Origin: Saprospirales bacterium
GTDB taxonomy: Bacteria; Bacteroidota; Bacteroidia; Chitinophagales; Saprospiraceae
DNA length: 64,000 bases
Assembly (NCBI GenBank): GCA_007693915.1
Contig: RECS01000123.1
Coordinates: 19,923 to 83,922 of the forward strand
Direction of reading: 5' to 3'
A model generated the notes under the pieces. The model made no database searches and had not been told where the DNA came from. It saw nothing but the letters and a program-made list of their open reading frames with translations. This document shows, in pieces, positions 9,349 through 17,500 of the stretch. The position numbers and the translations under genes are program-made. Each line of letters begins with the position of its first letter. Within the stretch, counting starts at the first letter, position 1.

Positions 9349-9924
9349 TTATTGGTTATGCCATGCTTGATTGTGTGCTAATTGCTTATTACAAACTGGG
9401 CAAAAACCCGGGTTTTCGGAATGACCGCCGGCACATTGGTCAATACAAATATAGTGATGTACTATGCCATCTGGACCTGCAGGTATATTCACTTGTTGCA
9501 TTTGCTGCTGCTGTTGTTGAGCAGGTGGGGTTTCTCCTCCACCTCTCATGGGATCAAACTGAGTCCTAGGATCAGCCTGATCCGGCTGTTGTTGTTGTTG
9601 CCCCTGTTCATGCCAAGCTCTATTATGCGCCAATTGCTTATTACAAACTGCACAAAATCCGGGGTTTTCAGAATGACCGCCCTCACATCTATCAACACAG
9701 ATGTAATGGTGAACAATTCCATCAGGACCGGCTGGGATATTCACTTCACCGGGAGGTTGCTGTTGCTGCTGTTGTTGCTGAGGTGCAGTTTCATCAGCAG
9801 GTAAAGGTGCAATTTCCATTGGTGACTGCTCACCGGCATCTGAATCTGTTCTTTCTGATCCGCATGCGACTAAAAACAAAGCTAATCCTGCAATCAGGAT
9901 TGCTGATTTCCAAATTTTTTCCAT
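9349..9924 (-). CDS. Lipoprotein with two poly-Gln-preceded Cys4/His-rich putative metal-binding modules
   Basis: 191-aa ORF with a lipobox (FLVAC). Two near-identical ~49-aa modules, VNIPAGPDGIVHHYIC(V/I)D(R/Q)C(E/A)GGHSENPGFC(A/P)VCNKQLAHN(R/Q)AWH, lie at ~9610-9759 and ~9352-9498. Each is preceded by a Q6-Q8 run. The plus-strand poly-Leu ORF 9382-9804 is its antisense shadow. Confidence 0.7.
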   Translation of the reverse strand: MEKIWKSAILIAGLALFLVACGSERTDSDAGEQSPMEIAPLPADETAPQQQQQQQQPPGEVNIPAGPDGIVHHYICVDRCEGGHSENPGFCAVCNKQLAHNRAWHEQGQQQQQPDQADPRTQFDPMRGGGETPPAQQQQQQMQQVNIPAGPDGIVHHYICIDQCAGGHSENPGFCPVCNKQLAHNQAWHNQ

Positions 9925-9954
9925 TTCTTACTATTTGAGTTTCAATAATCTATA

Positions 9955-9962
9955 CAAAGATA
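9955..9962 (-). promoter_or_regulatory. Candidate Bacteroidota -7 promoter box (TATCTTTG = TAnnTTTG) for the poly-Gln lipoprotein gene
   Basis: Exact match to TAnnTTTG on the minus strand, 31-38 nt upstream of the ATG at 9924 and downstream of the preceding terminator. Confidence 0.25.
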
Positions 9963-10007
9963 ACGGATTTATGTTCAGAGGACAAAAAAAACACTCTATT
10001 TTGGCAT

Positions 10008-10048
10008 AAAAAAAAGAACCCCCCTTATCACTTTTGATAAAGAGGGGG
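10008..10048 (-). terminator. Rho-independent terminator of the 1348-aa gene
   Basis: Minus-strand hairpin CCCCC(UCU)UUAUCA-AAAG-UGAUAAGGGGGG followed by UUCUUUUUUUU, about 30 nt after the stop codon. Confidence 0.6.
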
Positions 10049-10080
10049 TCCCATCCCAAAAAACAGTAATCTATATTGTT

Positions 10081-13000
10081 CTACTCGAGAATAATCATCT
10101 TTCTCGAAGCATTAAAGTTCTCAGCATCAAGTCTGTAATACATCACACCACTACCCGGTAAATCATTTCCGGAGATGGTCAATTCGTTATACCCTGCAGT
10201 GAAGTCAGCAGTTTGCTGGTAAATCAATTTTCCGGTGACATCAAAAATACTTAGCGTTGCATTTTGATTTTCAGGTAATCTAAACCCGATAATTGTCTCA
10301 TCCTTGAAAGGGTTAGGTCTGTTTTGATACAATACATATCCATCACCTTCAAGAGTTTGGTCGAATCTGATTTCCAATGGTCTGTTTTCCATATTTGTGT
10401 AAATCTCAGCAGAAGTAATTACAGAACCCATAAACAGATTATCGGATATAGTTCCGCTTTGCTTTGCATGGAAAGTCAATTCAAATAATTCTTCATTTTC
10501 ATTTAATTCCATAGCTGAAACATCAGACCAGGATACAGTTAATAAACCTTCACTCAGGTAAGTAAATCCGAAATTTTTGTCATCAATATTTACAAGCCCC
10601 TCCTTCAAGTCAATCAATTCAAATACTTCAGTATCAAACATGAATGTACCTTGGAATCCCAACAAATTGGCAAAGTCAGCAGCTCTGAATGGGACTGTAA
10701 CTAGTTCACCTCTTTCAAATGAGCGGTCATCCACCATAAACGCAAGAGGATATTCATTACTTCTTTCTTCTGATGAATTACTATTTGCAGTAGCAGAACT
10801 ATTCAAGTCACCTACTTTTACAGCAGTGAAGCTGGCATCAAGTAGCGCCTGATTAAAGTTTCTCACTACATAGGTTTCATTGAAGTTACTATTTAATGGA
10901 TTGCCCTGAACAAATTGATTATACATGTCGATAAATCTCCATGAATTGTTATTCTGAAATTCATCATTAGTACCGAGTATTAATCTTCTCAATTCTGCTA
11001 CATCAATTACGTTTACATCACCACTCCTATTAATATCGGCGGCAAAGTATTGATAGGGATCTTCAAAAGGAGTGATTCCCAGAATATGTCTTTGCATTAA
11101 AACAATATCGTAAGTGGTCACACCATTTAAAGGATCATCATTTTTAAAAGGGACTATTTCATAGTCTTCGTTAAAAGGTACTGAAGTAAACCCATAGAAT
11201 CCATTGTCATTACTCAAAGAAGGTGCCATGGCTGATCCTTCTAAATAAACTGAAACATTTTCTACCGGCTCATTATCCTGATTGGCAATTAATCCTGCAA
11301 TTGCTCCGCCTGATCCACTGCCGGAATCAGGGCACACCTCGTTATTATCTTGAACTATTAGGTAGGTAATACAGTAATCCTGATTTCCATTTTCATCTGT
11401 TACCCAGATTTCTACAAAGTTTTGACCAAGGTCATCACAGTTAAATACCCTAATAGTGTCACTGAAATCGGGTGAGAATGAAAGTGTAATATCATACCCA
11501 CAAGAATGGAAACTACCTGCATCAAACCAACTAGCTTTTACATCTAATTCTGCCCAATCAGCAATACCGTCACCACTTAAGTCCATTGGCATTAGTTCTA
11601 CTGCAAGGCCATTATAACAAACAGGTGATGGCTGCTTACCGTTCACTATTTCAAACAGATGTGAACATGTCGTCCTATTTCCACAGCCATCCTGAACCGT
11701 CCAGATAATTCTGTGGACACCTAGTGGATACTCACCACTAGCTTCATTCGGTGCATTGCCCGCTGCTGCAAAAGGATTGTTGTTATTAGTGAAATCAATT
11801 GTTCCATTATTAAAGGCGTCTATCTGATATGACCATACAAGGTCAGCCGCATCTGTGCAATCATCTTCAGCATCCTGAGTCAATTCAATAAAAGCGACAG
11901 AGCAGTCAGGATCAAAAGATGTTATCGAAATATCCTCGCAATCTGAGGCAAATAACGGACCAATAGTATTGTTTACTTTAATGGTTTGTGTATGTTCCCA
12001 AATCTGGTATTGACCATTGTTAAACTGACACCAATCAATAACCTTCCATTTTCTCAAAATTTTAAAGCAAGATGGATCATCTGGTGAGCTGAAGTAGAAC
12101 ACATGATCTTCGGGATCATTCGCAGCAACCAAATCGCAAATACCGGCATTCAAAATCGGTCTTCCGGTAACATCAGGACCTAAGTCACCGGGATCACACA
12201 TACCAGGATCATTCTCGATTGTCACATCATCTGGCCATACAATATTGCTTGGATTGAATGGAGAGAAATTTGTAACGCTAATGGTTTGAACACAGGAAGT
12301 TGAAGGGCCACCCGGACCAATTGCCGTGAATGTTCTTGTAATTTCACCACCACCGCACTGATCGATATTTGTGGAAGAAGACTCAAATACTTCCACTTCA
12401 CAATTATCATATGCAAATCCATCCAAGCCCCAGTTATTTGGATCTGGCACATTTGGATTATCCGGATCGCTAATGATAATTGGATTTCTCGGATCTAAAT
12501 TTGGGTTTTGTAAATTAAGCAAGTTTTCAATCTCAACAACAGTCCCAAAAATATCGAGATTGTCTGGATTGAAAATAAACTGACAACTAATAGTGATATC
12601 CGGGGGACAGCTGATAGTCGCAGGGAGTTTATCCTGAACCTCTACCTCCACCATACACTCATTGAAATTTCCTGCTTCATCCCATACTCTCACAACAACC
12701 ATGGAGAGATTATTGGGAATATCACAACATGAAAATTCTACATAAGGACGAAATTCCGTATCATATCCACAAGACGGATCCATACGGGCTACTTCAAGAA
12801 AATCAATGCCACACTCATCATAGCTTCCATTATCAAATACCTCAGCAAATACTTTTGCAAGACCATTTGAACCAAGTGATACAACTGTAACAGTATTACA
12901 TACTGCTACAGGAGGAGTTTGATCAACAACTGTGACGGTCATTTGACAGCTATTGGAATTACCACACTCATCATAAGCAGTATAAATAACAGTATTTTCA

Positions 13001-14127
13001 CCAACTTCAAGGCTTACAATACCACCATTACTGTTTTCTATTATGCCACCTGGATAAGATACATCTACCTTGTCCACTTCATTACAAATATCAGAAACTA
13101 ATGCAGGTGGTAAAAAAACTGTACCTGAACAACCATTGGTAGTAGTAGAAACAGTAATATCAGCGGGACAAACAATTTCAGGTCCTTCTTCATCTACTAT
13201 TTCAATTACCTGAACATAAGTTCTTGCTATTTCGGTATTGCACCAATACTCTCTGACAGTCCAGGTCCTCATAATTTTTTCTTTGCAATTAAAGGTTGGA
13301 AGAACTAAATCGGAGTAAGTAGTAAAGGCGTTGCAATAAGAACCATGTAAAGGAAATAATTCAACTCCATCAATCGTCGGTACTCCCGTAAAAGATGGAT
13401 CTGGGTTTCCGCTTGCATCTTTGGGATAGTCTTCATCACATGCAATTGCACTTCCCTCTGCTACGGAAAAATTGGCAGGAAAATTTACCTCCTCTAGGTC
13501 AATTCTCTCAAGGTAGTAGGTCTTAGTACAGCTAGCAGAATTACCTGATGCATCAGTTGCTGTATAAGTCCTGTAGATAATCTTTACAAAATTGGAATCA
13601 CAATTTAAATGATCAAACGATTCACCTGAAAGATTGACGACAATATCATCAGTTGGTGTGCAATTGTCAGAAACCACAGGACCATCATAATCAATTAATG
13701 TCCAACAAGCTACTGTATCAACACTGCACTCAATATGAGGAGGCATTTTATCCTCAATGTGAATAGTACTCCAGCAATAGTTTCCACTTGGAATGTCTGT
13801 AACCCTGACGGTTAATGTTTCATCTACATATTCACCAGTTACAACAGGTGAGGTAGGTATAGGAAGGTGGTCATCACCCAATACCTCTACAAGATAATCA
13901 CCTGAACATTCAGAGGGTTTTGAAACCATTTCCCAGGTAATTTCTGCTTCGCAATTTTGATCTACAGAGACTTGTGTGTTAATACATGCCATCACACAAT
14001 TCTGTGCATTGATCGTGAATGAATTAATGAAAAGGAAAAGACCAAATAATGGCAGAAACCGAAACAGCTTCTTTAAGTTATTATCAAGCCTGACCTGCTC
14101 AATTGAAGTTAAGTTAGTTTTCTTCAT
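10081..14127 (-). CDS. Giant Cys-rich T9SS-secreted surface protein, paralogue 1 (HYR-type repeats + dockerin-like + cohesin-like + type-A CTD)
   Basis: 1348-aa ORF with a signal peptide (...FTINAQ). It has many Cys-containing beta-sandwich modules, including HYR-type units (PEIVCPADITVSTTTNGCSGTVFLPPALVSDIC...YTAYDECGNSNSCQMTVTVVD), and recurrent RTWTV/KWKVIDWC motifs. The C-terminal cassette is CRD-like, a 58-aa dockerin-like module (~10969-11142), a cohesin-like module (~10357-10752) and a T9SS CTD (YQNRPNPF...RKMIILE, ~10084-10332). Confidence 0.85.
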   Translation of the reverse strand: MKKTNLTSIEQVRLDNNLKKLFRFLPLFGLFLFINSFTINAQNCVMACINTQVSVDQNCEAEITWEMVSKPSECSGDYLVEVLGDDHLPIPTSPVVTGEYVDETLTVRVTDIPSGNYCWSTIHIEDKMPPHIECSVDTVACWTLIDYDGPVVSDNCTPTDDIVVNLSGESFDHLNCDSNFVKIIYRTYTATDASGNSASCTKTYYLERIDLEEVNFPANFSVAEGSAIACDEDYPKDASGNPDPSFTGVPTIDGVELFPLHGSYCNAFTTYSDLVLPTFNCKEKIMRTWTVREYWCNTEIARTYVQVIEIVDEEGPEIVCPADITVSTTTNGCSGTVFLPPALVSDICNEVDKVDVSYPGGIIENSNGGIVSLEVGENTVIYTAYDECGNSNSCQMTVTVVDQTPPVAVCNTVTVVSLGSNGLAKVFAEVFDNGSYDECGIDFLEVARMDPSCGYDTEFRPYVEFSCCDIPNNLSMVVVRVWDEAGNFNECMVEVEVQDKLPATISCPPDITISCQFIFNPDNLDIFGTVVEIENLLNLQNPNLDPRNPIIISDPDNPNVPDPNNWGLDGFAYDNCEVEVFESSSTNIDQCGGGEITRTFTAIGPGGPSTSCVQTISVTNFSPFNPSNIVWPDDVTIENDPGMCDPGDLGPDVTGRPILNAGICDLVAANDPEDHVFYFSSPDDPSCFKILRKWKVIDWCQFNNGQYQIWEHTQTIKVNNTIGPLFASDCEDISITSFDPDCSVAFIELTQDAEDDCTDAADLVWSYQIDAFNNGTIDFTNNNNPFAAAGNAPNEASGEYPLGVHRIIWTVQDGCGNRTTCSHLFEIVNGKQPSPVCYNGLAVELMPMDLSGDGIADWAELDVKASWFDAGSFHSCGYDITLSFSPDFSDTIRVFNCDDLGQNFVEIWVTDENGNQDYCITYLIVQDNNEVCPDSGSGSGGAIAGLIANQDNEPVENVSVYLEGSAMAPSLSNDNGFYGFTSVPFNEDYEIVPFKNDDPLNGVTTYDIVLMQRHILGITPFEDPYQYFAADINRSGDVNVIDVAELRRLILGTNDEFQNNNSWRFIDMYNQFVQGNPLNSNFNETYVVRNFNQALLDASFTAVKVGDLNSSATANSNSSEERSNEYPLAFMVDDRSFERGELVTVPFRAADFANLLGFQGTFMFDTEVFELIDLKEGLVNIDDKNFGFTYLSEGLLTVSWSDVSAMELNENEELFELTFHAKQSGTISDNLFMGSVITSAEIYTNMENRPLEIRFDQTLEGDGYVLYQNRPNPFKDETIIGFRLPENQNATLSIFDVTGKLIYQQTADFTAGYNELTISGNDLPGSGVMYYRLDAENFNASRKMIILE

Positions 14128-14382
14128 GAGAACTTTGTTTTAGTTAGTAAAATTTTAAATACAATGACCGAATTTATTGAACCAACTCGTCCTCAAGCAG
14201 CTTATAACCGACTATCCGGAAGAGATGACCAAAAGCGTTTCTTCTTTGAATGCGCACTTGCATTCATGCAGGTTTATTTATTTAAGGTAGGTTGGGTTGG
14301 TTGGTTTTTTTTATGTAATCTAATTGTGGTTGGAAATAAATTAAGATTACAAGTAATACATGACTTATCATGTTTTCAGGAG

Positions 14383-14390
14383 CAAATATA
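14383..14390 (-). promoter_or_regulatory. Candidate -7 promoter box (TATATTTG) for the 1348-aa gene
   Basis: Exact TAnnTTTG on the minus strand, about 260 nt upstream of the ATG at 14127. The same octamer plus a following GC occurs upstream of the 1682-aa gene. Confidence 0.25.
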
Positions 14391-14493
14391 TTACGATTAT
14401 TTTTAATTCAACAAGTCTTCTTGTGGGTATTTTTTAGATTATATTTTTTTATAATGTGTAATAGATTGACTGCAAGTAGATATTGATAAAAAT

Positions 14494-14530
14494 AAAAAAA
14501 CCTCTCCTTCAAACTTTTTTGAAGGAGAGG
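14494..14530 (-). terminator. Rho-independent terminator of the 1682-aa gene
   Basis: Perfect 13-bp stem (CCTCTCCTTCAAA/TTTGAAGGAGAGG, 14501-14530) with a 4-nt loop, followed on the minus strand by U7. Confidence 0.7.
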
Positions 14531-14589
14531 TTCCATCCCAAAAAACAGTAAACTATATTTTGGATTTCAGTTAACTTAAACAATTGTCA

Positions 14590-17500
14590 TTAGCGAACCA
14601 ATATCATTTTTTTAGTTGCACTGAAACCTTCCGTATCTAATCTGTAATAATAAACCTGGCCTGTCCAGTCACCCAGATCGTTTAACCTTAACTCATTATA
14701 TCCACTATTGAATTTCCCATCAAACGTTCTTACGACTTTACCTGTTACATCAAAAACAGTCAAAGTAACTTCAGAATCTTCGGCTAATCGAAATCCGATT
14801 ATGGTTTCATCAGTGAATGGGTTGGGTCTGTTCTGATACAATTCGAAATTGTTAGCATCAGAAAGCAAATTATTAAACTCTAAACCAATAATTTTCGCCT
14901 GCCCTCTTTCGTAGGCTCTTGCTTCAGTAACTAGGGATGAAATCTGTATTGCTGAAACTAAGCTACCATAAGAGCTACTCTCAAAAATGAGTGTAAATAA
15001 AACTTCATCTTCATCTACAGTTATCGGCATAAGATCATTCCAACTCACTGTCAATATACCCAGATCCTTGGCTTGTGTACCAATATTTGAATTTTCAAAT
15101 TTTAGGGCTTCAGAACGGATCTCAACTAAATCAAGTTGACTTTCTTCAAAAAGAAGTGTGAACTGGAAAGCATCAATATGCTGGAAATCTCTTGACGTAA
15201 AACTCACCTCAACCCTATCTCCGTTTTGGAAATTTTTATCCTCAATTTCGAATACAAGTGGTTGACTCTGGCTTCTCTCATCAGACTGATTTACTCCTGA
15301 AGGATCTACACTGTTATTGATATCACCAACCTTTACTGCAATAAAATCTAACCCTGTCATATTAGAATTAAAATCAGGGATTCTGTAAGACTCATTGAAT
15401 TGCTCATCTAAAGGATTAAAGCCACTAAAGTAATATTCTGCATCCACAAACCTCCATGAGGTGTTATTTTGAAACTCATCATGCGTTCCTAAAACTAACC
15501 TTCTTAATGCAGCAACATCTCTAACATCTACAACTCCATTATTATCAATATCAGCGGCTATCCATTGATATGGTGTTTGAAAGAATTGAGTACCAAGGAT
15601 ATGCCTCTGAATCAATGCTATATCATAAGTTGTCACCCCATCAAGTGGGTTATCGTTTTTATAGGGTAAGACCTCATAAGTTCCGCCAAATGGCATAGCA
15701 GGGAACTGATAGTTTCCACTTGCTGCACTCATCACTGGATTAAGCGAGGAGCCGACAAGACTGATTTCTGCATTTTTAACACCTTCACCATCCTCCATTT
15801 TTATGGCACCACTGATTAAACCACTACTACTCCCACCGGAGCTACCTGATCCAGGCGGGCACACATTGTTATTATCTTGCACTGAAATTTCAACTACGCA
15901 CAAATCAAAAGTGTCATTAGAAGAGTGAACATAAATTGAAACCATTCTATCTCCAACGTCATCACAAGTAAAAACTCTAGTCTGCTCATCTGGATTAGAT
16001 GAGAATGAAAAACTGATATCATAACCACAAGTATGATAACTGCTATTGTTAAAATATTCTGCATTCACTTCGAGCATGGCCCAATCAAATGTGCCGTCAC
16101 CATTTGTATCCATAGGCATAAGCTCAACTGCTATTGATCGACAAATAACTTTGGGTTGAGTCTTATTCACTATAGTAAAAATCTGTTGACAGCTGGAAGT
16201 ATTTCCACAACCATCTGTAACTGTCCAAACTATTCTATGCTCTCCAACTGGGTAAGTACCTGAGGCATCCGTTGGATCGCTTGGATTATCTGCAAAAGGA
16301 TTATTGGAAGAATTCAAATCAAATACTCCGTTGTTATTCACATCAATATCATATCTCCATATCAAATCTTCCTCAGCTGTACATACGCTTGTAGCACTTT
16401 GAGTTAATGAAACTGGTGCAGACTGACAACTAGCGTCTATAGAATAGACTATAATATCCTCGCAACTACCACTAATAACCGGCTCATCATCTATGATGAT
16501 TTTGATTGTTTGGTGGTATTGCCAAGTGATATAGTGCCCATTTTCAAATTGACACCAGTCTATTACTGTCCAAGTACGAATTATTTTGAAACAAGTTGGA
16601 TCATCCGGGCTGTTAAAATAGTAAACCTCATCTTTGTAATTATGATGGACATTATCACATACACCTCTGATGTATTCAGGAACCCCAGTATTGTTTGGAT
16701 GTACGTCAGGACTAGACATGCACGTATTCACTAAAGTCACATCATCAGGCCATGTAATGTTCTCACGCACAAAAGGACTTAAATTTTCTACAGTTATTGT
16801 TTGTTGACAACTTGCACTTGGAGTATTATTTAAAGCCATTGCTGTAAATGTTCTTGTAATAGTACCTGTACCACACATATCAATGTTCTCCGCAAAGGTA
16901 TCAGTAACAGTTAAAGCGCAGTTATCATAAGCAAAGCCATCAACACCCCAATTTCTAGGTTGAGTATTTACATTATCCCCAATATCATCTATAATTATGG
17001 ACTCCCTTGGATCAATTGCAGGATTTTGCAATACCGATAAATCATTTACTATTACTACCTTACCAAAAATGGTGAGATCGTCAGTATCAAAAGGATACTC
17101 ACAGCTCACAGTAATGTTTGGTGGACAAGTAATTGACGCAGGTAATTTATCCTGAACCTCTACATTGATCATACACTCATTCTGATTACCTGATTCATCA
17201 GTTACCCTGAGAACTACCATTATGGGATTATCCATCAAGTCACAGCAATAAAAGTCCACATATGGTCTAAAAGCCGGTTCATTGACGTCGCATCCCTGAT
17301 CCATTCTTTTCACATCAAAGGTGACATTTCCACATTCATCATAACTTCCGTTATCAAAGGACTCTGCGAATACTCTTGCAGTTCCATCAATAGTTAATGA
17401 TACAACTGTATTTTCTTTACACACGGGAATTGGCGGCGTCATATCAGTAACTTCTACAATCATTGTACAACTGGATTGATTATTACATTCATCAAAAGCT

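Noticed and set aside
9382-9804. 140-aa plus-strand ORF with poly-Leu runs
   Set aside because: It is antisense to the poly-Gln lipoprotein gene, and the Leu runs are the complement of the CAG/CAA Gln codons. The minus-strand product has a lipobox and duplicated Cys4 modules.
14164-14406. 80-aa plus-strand ORF in the spacer between giant paralogues 1 and 2
   Set aside because: It is low-complexity (translated G/T tracts: VGWVGWFF) with no signal or family. It spans the putative promoter and operator motifs of the minus-strand gene and lies in an AT-rich spacer.
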